A stretch of 64,000 nt of DNA from Eledone cirrhosa (GCA_964016885.1 OZ024743.1:176328001-176392000), one strand, 5' to 3'; shown: positions 45,101-56,860, numbered from the stretch's first letter. Notes: a model not told the origin generated them from the letters alone. Made by a program: numbers and translations.

Positions 45101-48100
45101 CTCACCCTCTATATTACTTACTACCTCACTCTCTCTCTAACTCTTACCTCACCCTCTATATTACGAACTACCTCTCTTTCTCTAACTGTTACCTCACCCT
45201 CTATATTACGAACTACCTCTCTCTCTCTAAAACTCTTACCTCACCCTCTATATTACTTACTACCTCTCTCTCTAACTCTTACCTCACCCTCTATATTACT
45301 TACTACCTCTCTCTCTCTCACTCTTACCTCACCCTCTATATTATTTACTACCTCTCTCTCTCTCTAACTCTTACCTCACCCTCTATATTACTTACTACCT
45401 CTCTCTCTCTCTAACTCTTACCTCACCCTCTATATTACTTACTACCTCTCTCTCTAACTCTTACCTCACCTTCTACATTACTTACTACCTCTCTCTCTAA
45501 CCGTTACCTCACCCTCTATATTACTTACTACCTCTCTCTCTAACTGTTACCTCACCCTCTATATTACTTACTACCTCTCTCTCTCTCTAACTCTTACCTC
45601 ACCCTATATATTACTTACTACCTCTATCTCTCTCTAACTCTTACCCCACCCTCTATATTACTTACTACCTCTCTCTCTCTCTCTAACTGTTACCTCACCC
45701 TCTATATTACTTACTATCTCTCTCTCTCTAACTGTTACCTCACATTCTATAATACTTTCTACCTCTCTCTCTCTAACTGTTACCTCACCCTCTATATTAC
45801 TTACTACCTCTCTCTCTAACTCTTAACTCACCTTCTATATTACTTAATACCTCTCTCTCTCTCTCTAACTGTTACCTCACCCTCTATATTACTTACTACC
45901 TCTCTCTCTGGCTCTAACTCTTACCTCACCCTCTATATTACTTACTACCTCTCTCTCTAACCGTTAGCTCACCCTCTATATTACTTACTACCTCTCTCTC
46001 TAACTGTTACCACACCCTCTATATTACTTACTACCTCTCTCTCTCTCTAACTCTTACCTCACCCTCTTTATTACTTAGTACCTCTATCTCTCTCTAACTC
46101 TTACCCCACCCTCTATATTACTTACTACCCCTCTCTCTCTCTCTAACTGTTACCTCACCCTCTATATTACTTACTACCTCTCTCTCTCTAACTTTTACTT
46201 CACCCTCTATATTACTTTCTACCTCTCTCTCTAGCTGTTACCTCACCCTCTATATTACTTACTACCTCTCTCTCTCTCTAACTGTTACCGCACCCTCTAT
46301 ATTACTTACTAACTCTCTCTCTAACTCTTACCTCACCTTCTATATTACTTACTACCTCTCTCTCTCTCTCTAACTGTTACCTCACCCTCTATATTACTTA
46401 CTAACTCTCTCTCTCGCTCTAACTCTTACTTCACCCTCTATATTACTTACTACCTCTCTCTCTAACTCTTACCTCACCCTCTATATTACTTACTACCTCT
46501 CTCTCTAACTCCTACCTCACCCTCTATATTACTTACTACCTCTCTCTCTAACACTTACCTCACCCTCTATATTACTTACTACCCCTCTCTCTCTCTAACT
46601 CTTACCTCACCCTCTATATTACTTTCTACCTCTCTCTCTAACTGTTACCTCACCCTCTATATTATTTACAACCTCTCTCTCTCTCTAACTGTTACCTCGC
46701 CCTCTATATTACGAACTACATCTCTCTCTCTCTAACTGTTACCTCACCCTCTATATTACTTACTACCTCTCTCTCTCTCTAACTCTTACCTCACCCTCTA
46801 TATTACTTACTACCTCTCTCTCTAACTCTTACCTCACCCTCTATATTACTTACTACCTCTCTCTCTAACCGTTACCTCACCCTCTATATTACTTACTACC
46901 TCTCTCTCTAACTGTTACCTCACCCTCTATATCACTTACTACCTCTCTCTCTCTCTAACTCTTACCTCACCCTCTATATTACTTACTACCTCTATCTCTC
47001 TCTAACTCTTACCCCACCCTCTATATTACTTACTACCTCTCTCTCTCTCTCTAACTGTTACCTCACCCTCTATATTACTTACTATCTCTCTCTCTCTAAC
47101 TGTTACCTCACCTTCTATAATACTTTCTACCTCTCTCTCTCTAACTGTTACCTCACCCTCTATATTACTTACTACCTCTCTCTCTAACTCTTACCTCACT
47201 CTCTATATTACTTACTACCTCTCTCTCTCTAACTGTTACCGCACCCTCTATATTACTTACTAACTCTCTCTCTAACTCTTACCTCACCCTCTATATTACT
47301 TACTACCTCTAACTCTAACAGTTACCTCACACTCTATATTACTTCTTACCTCTGCCTCTCTAACTCTTACCTTACCCTCTATATTACTTACTACCGCTCT
47401 CTCTCTCTAACTGTTACCTCACCCTCTATATTACTTACTGCCTCTCTCTCTCTAACTCTTACCTCACCCTCTATATTACTTACTACCTCTCTCTCTAACA
47501 CTTACCTTACCCTCTATATTACTTACTACCGCTCTCTCTCTCTAACTGTTACCTCACCCTCTATATTACTTGCTACCTCTCTCTCTCTCTAACTGTTACC
47601 TCACCTTCTATATTACTTAGTACCTCTCTCTCTAACTCTTACCTCACCCTCTATATTACTTACTACCTCTCTCTCTCTAACTCTTACCTCACCCTCTATA
47701 TTACTTACTACCCCTCTCTCTCTCTAACTGTTACCTCACACTCTATATTACTTACTACCTCTCTCTCTCTCTAACTCTTACCTCACCCTCTATATTACTT
47801 ACTACCTCTCTCTCTACCTCTTACCTCACCCTCTATATTCTTTACTACCTCTCTCTCTAACTCTTACCTCACCCTCTATATTACTTACTACCTCTCTCTC
47901 TAACTGTTACCTCACCCTCTATATCACTTACTACCTCTCTCTCTAACTCTTCCCTCATCCTCTATATTACTTACTACCTCTCTCTCTCTAACTCTTACCT
48001 CACCCTCTATATTACTGACTACCCCTCTCTCTCTCTCTCTCTCTCTAACTCTTACCTCACCCTCTATATTACTTACTACCTCTCTTTCTCTCTCTCTAAC

Positions 48101-48620
48101 TGTTACCTCACCCTCTATATTACTTACTACCTCTCTCTCTCTCTAACTCTTACCTCACCCTCTATATTACTTACTACCTCTCTCTCTCTCTAACTCTTAC
48201 CTCACCCTCTAAATTACTTACTACCTCTCTCTCTAACTGTTACCTCACCCTCTATATTACTTACTACCTCTCTCTCTCTCTAACTCTTACCTCACCCTCT
48301 ATATTACGAACTACCTCTCTCTCTCTAACTGTTACCTCACCCTCTATATTACTTACTACCTCTCTCTCTCTAAAACTCTTACCTCACCCTCTATATTACT
48401 TACTACCTCTCTCTCTAACTCTTACCTCACCCTCTATATTACTTACTACCTCTCTCTCTCTCACTCTTACCTCACCCTCTATATTATTTACTACCTCTCT
48501 CTCTCTCTAACTCTTACCTCACCCTCTATATTACTTACTACCTCTCTCTCTCTCTAACTCTTACCTCACCCTCTATATTACTTACTACCTCTCTCTCTCT
48601 CTAACTCTTACCTCACCCTC
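39200..48620. repeat. Three-copy higher-order repeat (~3.06-3.14 kb, ~70 monomers) at the right end of the satellite
   Basis: Marker CTCACATTCT at 39541, 42684, 45739 (offsets 3143, 3055). Marker TAAAACTC at 42173, 45228, 48371 (offsets 3055, 3143). Confidence 0.9.
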
Positions 48621-49589
48621 TATATTACTTACTACCTCTCTCTCTCTCTAACTCTTACTTCACCCTCTATATTACGAACTACCTCTCTCTCTCTAACTGT
48701 TACCTCACCCTCTATATTACTTACTACCTCTCTCTCTCTAAAACTCTTACCTCACCCTCTATATTACTTACTACCTCTCTCTCTCTCTCTTACCTCACCC
48801 TCTATATTACTTACTACCTCTCTCTCTCTCTCTCTCTCTAACTCTTACCTCACCCTCTATATTATTTACTACCTCTCTCTCTCTCTAACTCTTACCTCAC
48901 CCTCTATATTACTTACTACCTCTCTTTCTCTCTAACTCTTATCTCACCCTAAAAGAAACATATCTCTCTCTCTCTAACTGTTACCTCACCCTCTATATTA
49001 CTTACTACCTCTCTTTAACCATTCTCTAATACTTATTACCTTTCCGCCGTAACCGTTGCCGACTGTTCTAATATATCATTAACTGTTAACCCCCCCCCCC
49101 CTCCCTCCATTTTCTCTCTCATCTCATTTCTTTTACCTTTCAAAGTCAGTTAATATTCCTCCTCTCTCCCCCTCTCTCTCTCTCCCGGATGAAGCACTCT
49201 GTCCACAAACTTCTTCCTCATGACACAATTTATTCCACACATTGAATTATTAAATCCAGCTCATAATGAAAAACACATTGAGATATTCTGGTGTTGAGTG
49301 TATTGCTGTAGCTATTGTTCTTGTTACTATCGTTGTTGTTGTTGCTGCTGTTCTTGTCATCGTCGTTGTTGTTGTTGTTGATCGAACAAATGGAATACAC
49401 ATCGTCGGAAGTGATGGAGATCCATCAGCTGCAGACTAATCACGTAACGTAGTAAGTTAAAAGAGTAAATAAATTGTAAACTATTGGCAAACGGGATCTT
49501 CTCGAGCAAGATAATTGCCGAGGAAGCAGAATGACACCATAATATCATTCCCGAATATTCTTTATTAGAATATTCTTGAAGTACATCAT

Positions 49590-49660
49590 AATATCGTTGG
49601 TTCGATTCCTGGACAGAGCGGAGAGGTATGTTCCAGAAGACAGCGCTTCATTTCACGTTT
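49590..49660 (+). mobile_element. Degenerate tRNA-derived SINE head fragment
   Basis: B-box GGTTCGATTCC at 49599-49609, followed by sequence loosely similar to the SINE at 58955. Confidence 0.4.
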
Positions 49661-50131
49661 TTCATGATAGGAGTGTGGACCCTATAATTAAAACACCCAA
49701 AAAAACACCTACAAAATGCAAATTTACAGCTGAAATTGAATAAGTGTACAATGTATCAACATACACTCTCACACTCTCTCACACACCCATACATACACAT
49801 ATATACATCCTAGAAAAGCTCATTGAGATATAACTTTATAGAAAGCCAGCTAAAGTTGCATAATTGTTAGCTGTAACAATGAAATGAGAGGACTATCATT
49901 AAACCTGCCGAGAAACCTCCTATGAGATGCAGCCCCGTAGGAGGAGAGATAATACTGTAATATAGATGGGAGCTGTAAAAGGAATATTTTCAAAATCAAT
50001 GAATGCACGATAAGAATGAATTAAAAAAGTTGATTCAGAAAAAATATTCAATAAAGATATGTTCTGGAGGAGAACGGTCGGCGTTTATTAGCTAATATTC
50101 AATAAACAATATATATTATTCTTCGCACAGA

Positions 50132-50612
<481 letters not shown>

Positions 50613-50618
<6 letters not shown>

Positions 50619-50716
50619 TAAAGAAAACGAAAAATCAGTGATGCATCTGGACTCAATTTATTGCGCAATAAATTGAGTCCAGATGCATCACTGATTTTTC
50701 GTTTTCTTTATACTAT
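50613..50716. repeat. Perfect 104-bp spacerless palindrome
   Basis: 52-bp arms ATAGTATAAAGAAAACGAAAAATCAGTGATGCATCTGGACTCAATTTATTGC|GCAATAAATTG...TATACTAT, centre between 50664 and 50665, no mismatch. Confidence 0.95.
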
Positions 50717-50796
50717 CTACACTCTACTCTGCTGAATATTGAGTGCTAATTTTGGCATACCACCTATGGAAGCACCATAGCTACCATTCTACACAA

Positions 50797-50832
<36 letters not shown>

Positions 50833-50837
<5 letters not shown>

Positions 50838-50998
50838 ATATTAACAAATGGAAACTATATTTATTAAACCATATTTATTTAATTATACATATTTCAAGGA
50901 CACCAAAGCAAATTATGGTGCGCTTTCATCAGATAAAATATAATATAGATCAGTTTTATAAACAAATATTGACATACCCTTAAAGAAAGCGACCATTA
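50833..50998 (-). mobile_element. Penelope-like pLTR fragment (copy A) containing a hammerhead-like motif
   Basis: Homologous to 54281-54447 and, inverted, to 53648-53796 and 51028-51156; bordered by (TA)n. Confidence 0.7.
50869..50948 (-). ncRNA. Minimal type I hammerhead ribozyme-like motif (copy A)
   Basis: Minus strand: CTGATGA (50932-50926), stem II AAGcGCACCA...TGGTGTcCTT, GAAA (50895-50892), TATG, TA. Confidence 0.65.
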
Positions 50999-51027
50999 CT
51001 GTTGGAAGCTCCCGGATAATTATATAG

Positions 51028-51156
51028 ATGGTTTTATAAATATAGTTTCCATTTGTTAATATATCGTATTTTTACTCCAATAATTTGTTGAGTGCTTTAT
51101 ATCAGTTATAAAAATATTTGCTTGTTGTATCCCAACAAATTAAATATAACTTCTAC
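51028..51156 (+). mobile_element. Penelope-like pLTR fragment (copy F, distal part)
   Basis: ATGGTTTTATAAATATAGTTTCCATTTGTTAATATATCGT... matches 54659-54807 and is the inverse of 51249-51375. Confidence 0.7.
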
Positions 51157-51201
51157 ATATATATATATATATATGTATGTATGTATATATATATATGTAT
51201 G

Positions 51202-51248
<47 letters not shown>

Positions 51249-51251
<3 letters not shown>

Positions 51252-51425
51252 AAGTTTTATTTAAATTGTTGGGTTAACAACGAGTAAATATTTATAACTG
51301 ATATAAAAGCACTCAACAAGTATTTGGAGTATATTTACGATATTAAATAAATGGAAACTATATTTATAAAACCATATTTTTTTCATTATATATATTTCAG
51401 GGATATCATATTAAAAATATGTTAT
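51249..51425 (-). mobile_element. Penelope-like pLTR fragment (copy E), truncated inside hammerhead stem II and fused to the ORF remnant
   Basis: Its reverse complement ATAACATATTTTTAATATGATATCCCTGAAATATATATAATG matches copy B at 53707-53748. Confidence 0.7.
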
Positions 51426-52270
51426 ACAATGAAGCGTTAGCTAGAGCAGGATATAGTAATAAAATTATGTACATAGATAATAATAGACAAACTAACCAAA
51501 ATAACAACAATTTTAATTACGGCAACAACTTTAACAACTATAATAGAAAGCATTACAATAATTCCAAAAGCCAAAAAAGAAATAGAACTAGGAATATAAT
51601 ATGGTTCGCCCCCCCTTTCTCACTAAACATTAAAACCCACATCGCTAAACTATTTTTTAATGCTCTTGATAATCGCTTCCCTAGAACACATAGGTATCAC
51701 TCAATTTTCAATAGACATACTATAAAATTAACCTACTCATCCACCAAAAATTTAGCACAAAATATTAATAGAATAAATAATAGGAATTTAAAACCTAGCC
51801 AAAATACCGATAATAGCATAAATAATATCCAAGTTAACAAATGTAACTGTAGAGATAGATCTAAATGTCCGTTAAATAACAATTGCTTAGTTAAAAATAT
51901 AATATACAACTGTAATGTTAAAACGGACTTAAATTCTTTTAACTATGTTGGTTCCACCTCGACAGAATTTAAACTTCGCTATAATAACCACAAGAATTCT
52001 TTCACAGATCCAAGCAAAAAATCCTCAACATCACTATCAGGCCTACTCTGGCAACTTAGGCATGATAACGTTGGATATTCAACGGCTTGGAATATAGTCT
52101 CAAGAGGGATTCCTTTTAATTCATCCTCTGAGACATGTGACCTCTGCGCGGAGGAGATATTCTTTATACTAAAATCTAAAAATTCCCTTAATTTACGGAC
52201 AAATTTATTCAGTTGCTGCAGACATAGATTGAACTCAACTTTTAAATATAAATATAAATTTAAAATGTAG
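51419..52270 (+). pseudogene. 5'-truncated Penelope-like element ORF (RT C-terminal linker + GIY-YIG endonuclease), Naiad-clade-like
   Basis: Motifs YNEALARAGY, RNRTRNIIWFAPPFS, FPRTHRYHSIFNRHTIKLTYS, CNCx5CPLx3C, IIY...YVGST (GIY-YIG), FKLRYNNH, LSGLLW, CDLCAEE, LN..., CCRH. There is no RT catalytic core, and the ATG comes from the junction with the inverted pLTR. The clade call is from motif recall. Confidence 0.85.
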
Positions 52271-52379
52271 TATATTTAATCTGATTTATAATTATTTATG
52301 AAACTCGCCGATAAATCTTTCGATTCCTTTTTATTTTAAAGATTCTTCATGAATAATTAAACTACCCTAAAAGCTGATG

Positions 52380-52608
52380 CTCCAAATATATCGAATAAAT
52401 TTTACACTAGATAAACTTCTATATTAAATATAAGACCATCTGTAGATCAAATGGGTATCCTAAACTTTTGGAATGTTTTCTGCTAGACAGGATTTGGTAA
52501 ATAATTTTTGGTTTTGTTTGCTTTTGATTCTGATGCTTATAACGAACTTGGCAATATATTGTCAATTAACTTTGAAGGGTTGATCTCTGTGGTTGATTTG
52601 CGGGGCAT
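52380..52608 (-). pseudogene. Possible decayed N-terminal region of a Penelope-like ORF
   Basis: The minus strand gives AKFVISIRIKSKQNQKLFTKSCLAENIPK, resembling the F-x-x-x-C-x(4-5)-IPK motif of PLE N-termini, but with stops and frameshifts. Confidence 0.3.
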
Positions 52609-53287
52609 ACTATGTTTTATTTTTATTTTAATATTTTTAATATTTTTAATATTTTTATTTTTAATATTTTTTTGATTTTTTGTTTTTTATTTACTTTTTG
52701 TTTTGATATTTTTATTGATATATTGATATCTGTTCTCTATTTATACTTGAACGATAATCATGTAGAGTAAAGACATGAATAGTATTGTTAAAATTAATGT
52801 AGACTCTATATATATTTGTGTGTATGTACACATATATGTATACTTAAATTTTTATAGCACAATGAGAATGTTTTCGTGTGAAATAGGAATTTGCTAGCTG
52901 ATCACGTAAATTCACATGGATGTATATAGTATAAAATCTGGGATAACCTTCTATTTTTTCTCAACTCTAATATAAACCTAGGAATTTTAAACTAGACATA
53001 TAATCATTATTTTTCACACATTATTGATACGTGTCTCATTCATGAATACTGATATTTACATTATAATGCCTGTTTTATACGAATTGATATTTTTTACATT
53101 GAAGAAACATAGTGTTTTAAATCTGCCTCGTTTTTGTCTGGATATTTTTCTTTTCTCTCTATGTAACGGCTGTTTTCTCTCTTAACCACATATATCTCTC
53201 TCTACATTAATACTAGAGCTAAATAAATAAATAAATAAATAAATATATCATTGATACGTCATTCAACTGGTGCCCAACTACCTAGTT

Positions 53288-53535
53288 TCTTTCTCTCTAT
53301 CTCTATCTATATCTATCTCTCTATATTCTCTCTCTCTCTCCTCTCTTCTCTCTCTCTCTCTCTATCTCTATCTATATCTATCTCTCTATATTCTCTCTCT
53401 CTCTCTCTCCTCTCTTCTCTCTCTCTCTCTCTATCTATCTCCCTCTGTGTTTTTTCCTCTCTCTATATATCTCTCTCTGTTTCTTTACATGAATTTCTTC
53501 TCTCTATCTATCTCTGTATATCTATCTCTCTCTAT
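53288..53535. repeat. (CT)n/(CTAT)-rich low-complexity tract with an internal ~64-bp duplication
   Basis: Seen directly. Confidence 0.9.
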
Positions 53536-53647
53536 TTAGTTGCATGCATTTCTTCTTTTTCTTCGTTTTTCTTTCTTTCTTTTTATAACTGTCCCTAATA
53601 TTTTTTCACTACCAAATCAACTTTTCAAATAGAAGTCGAAGTTGAAA

Positions 53648-54280
<633 letters not shown>

Positions 54281-54281
<1 letters not shown>

Positions 54282-54447
54282 ACGATATTAAACAAATGAA
54301 AACTATATTTATAAAACCATATTTATTTCATTATACATATTTCAGGGATACCATATTAAAAATATGGCATGCCTTCGTCAGATAAAATACAATATATAAG
54401 CAGTTTTATAAATAATTTTGACGTACCATAAATATAAGCGACCATTA
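54281..54447 (-). mobile_element. Penelope-like pLTR fragment (copy C)
   Basis: Same family as copies A and B; shares the extension ...GCGACCATTA with copy A. Confidence 0.72.
54319..54396 (-). ncRNA. Minimal type I hammerhead ribozyme-like motif (copy C)
   Basis: Minus strand: CTGACGA (54381-54375), stem II AGGcATGCCATATT-TTT-AATATGGTATcCCT, GAAA (54343-54340), TATG, TA. Confidence 0.7.
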
Positions 54448-54628
54448 AGATAGGAGGCTGGCTTGGTAGTGAAGTGTTTATAATTATTTAGTTATAGTGT
54501 TAAGCACAGTTAGAAAAAAAGATGGAGAGAAAGAAGAAATGGATGTAAAGAAAAACAGAGAGAAATAGGGGAGAGAGAAAGAAGGAGGAGGTGAAAAAAG
54601 AGAGGCAACCGAAGGTAACAGATGAATA

Positions 54629-54807
54629 ATGCCATATTTGTAATATGGTATCCCTGAAATATGTATAATGACATAAATATGGTTTTATAAATATAGTTTC
54701 CATTTGTTTAATATCGTATATCAACTCCAAAAACTTGTCGAGTGCTTTATATCGGTTATAAAATATTTACTTGTTGTAACCCAACAACTTTAAATAAAAC
54801 TTTTGCA
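54629..54807 (+). mobile_element. Penelope-like pLTR fragment (copy D) with the 3' half of the hammerhead motif
   Basis: ATGCCATATTTGTAATATGGTATCCCTGAAATATGTATAATG...; the CTGANGA box is absent or degenerate; ends in (TA)n. Confidence 0.7.
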
Positions 54808-55004
54808 TATATATATATATATACATATATATTTAAATATAATTGGCGTAGGTAACTCTAAGACAGCGTTTAAGCACAATAGAGTTGTATATAAAAACAT
54901 ATACACCCATGCTTATTGTAAATAAACGTATAACGATAATATGTTTATATGTTCTCATACACACACTCTCTCTCTCTGTCTCTCTTTCCTTGTACACAAA
55001 CTCA

Positions 55005-55032
55005 CACACATATATATGTATATATATATATA

Positions 55033-55088
<56 letters not shown>

Positions 55089-55201
55089 AATATATGTATA
55101 AATGTATATATATATATATTTATATATATATATATATAGATATTCATATATATATATATGTATATATGTATATATATATTTATATATGTAGATATATATT
55201 C

Positions 55202-55275
<74 letters not shown>

Positions 55276-55291
55276 ATATATATATATATGT

Positions 55292-55384
<93 letters not shown>

Positions 55385-55440
55385 CACACACATATATATA
55401 TATATATATAAATATATGTATATATGTATATACATATATT

Positions 55441-55477
<37 letters not shown>

Positions 55478-55566
55478 ATATATATATTTATATATATATA
55501 TATATATTCATATATATATATATATGTATGTATGTATATATATATATATTTATATATATATATATT

Positions 55567-55645
<79 letters not shown>

Positions 55646-55646
55646 T

Positions 55647-55681
<35 letters not shown>

Positions 55682-55694
55682 ATATATATATATT

Positions 55695-55755
<61 letters not shown>

Positions 55756-55890
55756 ATATATATATTTATATATATATATATATATGTATATATTCATATA
55801 TATATATATATATATATATAAATATATGTATATATGTATATATATATATATTTATATATGTATATATATATTCATATATGTATATATATA

Positions 55891-55983
<93 letters not shown>
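55005..55983. repeat. Long interrupted (TA)n tract ending in (TG)n
   Basis: Seen directly. Confidence 0.97.
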
Positions 55984-55985
<2 letters not shown>

Positions 55986-56420
55986 AATAGGGTTTGCGTA
56001 CATGAACACATACAGATGAAGACATATATCATATGTAGATATATCATAATACATGATTCATATTATTGAAAAATATTCTCGTACAAAAGGGATTTAGGAA
56101 AATCGTTAAGTTTTCCTTCCACATTTGATAATTTGTATAAAAGACTGCAGCAGTAGGAAAGGAGATGTGCAATAACCAGTCCATTGAACGACGTTAACAA
56201 TCATTTGAGAATTACTTTTTATATCAATTGTAAAACATAGCCTTTTTTACTTTACTGTGTGATATAATGGGATAATATAGACATGTATATTGTTGTATAT
56301 TGTATATTGTTGTCACATTCAACGATGGATAATAAGAAAACACCATTTTATTACCTATAGAGAGACATACATTAACGACATACATTCTTACATACGCCGC
56401 ATACAGTGTAACGCCCCCCC

Positions 56421-56465
<45 letters not shown>

Positions 56466-56469
<4 letters not shown>

Positions 56470-56672
56470 AATTTTAGAACAGCATCAACGAAGCTTTAGG
56501 TCGCAGCCAGGCTAACGAATGCAGTTTCGGTGTGCAGCTAAGCACTCAATGGAGAATAATACCCCAGAGTTATAACATTACTTTGCAAATCAATACAGCG
56601 ACCGATAGGCTGGCCGCTTAGACCATAGCGACGAAAAAAACTGAACTCAGGAAAAATTTTTGACTGACCTGC
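56466..56672 (-). mobile_element. Possible end fragment of a Tc1/mariner-type element between two (TA)n tracts
   Basis: The minus strand starts TA-GCAGGTCAGTCAAAAATTTTTCC, similar to mariner TIR starts; no partner TIR found. Confidence 0.25.
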
Positions 56673-56690
56673 TATATATATATATATATG

Positions 56691-56860
56691 CATACACGAA
56701 GACATATATATACTTACATACGCCGCATAGAGAGTAACGCCAACAACACCAACTCCCACACACACATATATATATATATACATACACGAAGATATATATA
56801 TTTACATTCGCTGCATACAGAGTAACGCGAATAACGCAAAGTCCCACACATACATATGCA
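56691..56860 (+). repeat. Two diverged ~90-bp tandem units, with a third partial copy at 56385-56415
   Basis: Shared core (T)TACATACGCCGCATA(C/G)AG(A/T)GTAACGC at ~56388, ~56714 and ~56802. Confidence 0.75.

Larger units (their letters stand above)
1..49020. repeat. Tandem satellite array, ~43-47 bp monomer AACT(G/C)TTACCTCACCCTCTATATTACTTACTAC(CT)n, about 1,100 copies; runs off the left edge of the window
   Basis: Read directly: a 33-bp core plus (CT)4-12 (mostly 5-7), head-to-tail in one orientation with no visible interruption. The + strand has about 0-1 G per monomer. Copy number is estimated as 49 kb / ~45 bp. The array ends at ~49,020 with a degenerate tail to ~49,090. Confidence 0.98.

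Noticed and set aside
1-49020. CRISPR-like repeat/spacer array
   Set aside because: The 'spacers' are only (CT)n, not unique sequences; there are no cas genes and the context is eukaryotic.
1-49020. let-7 precursor (pre-miRNA) array on the minus strand
   Set aside because: The - strand resembles mature let-7 but is nearly C-free and has no complementary star arm, so no Drosha/Dicer hairpin can form.
49357-49548. 63-aa minus-strand ORF / possible exon next to the array
   Set aside because: Ends in a (CAA)n-derived poly-Q, has no domain similarity and no convincing splice-site pair.
51840-52230. Selenoprotein-type Naiad element (UGA at Cys positions)
   Set aside because: The conserved Cys codons here are TGT/TGC, the ORF has no in-frame TGA, and I saw no clear SECIS.
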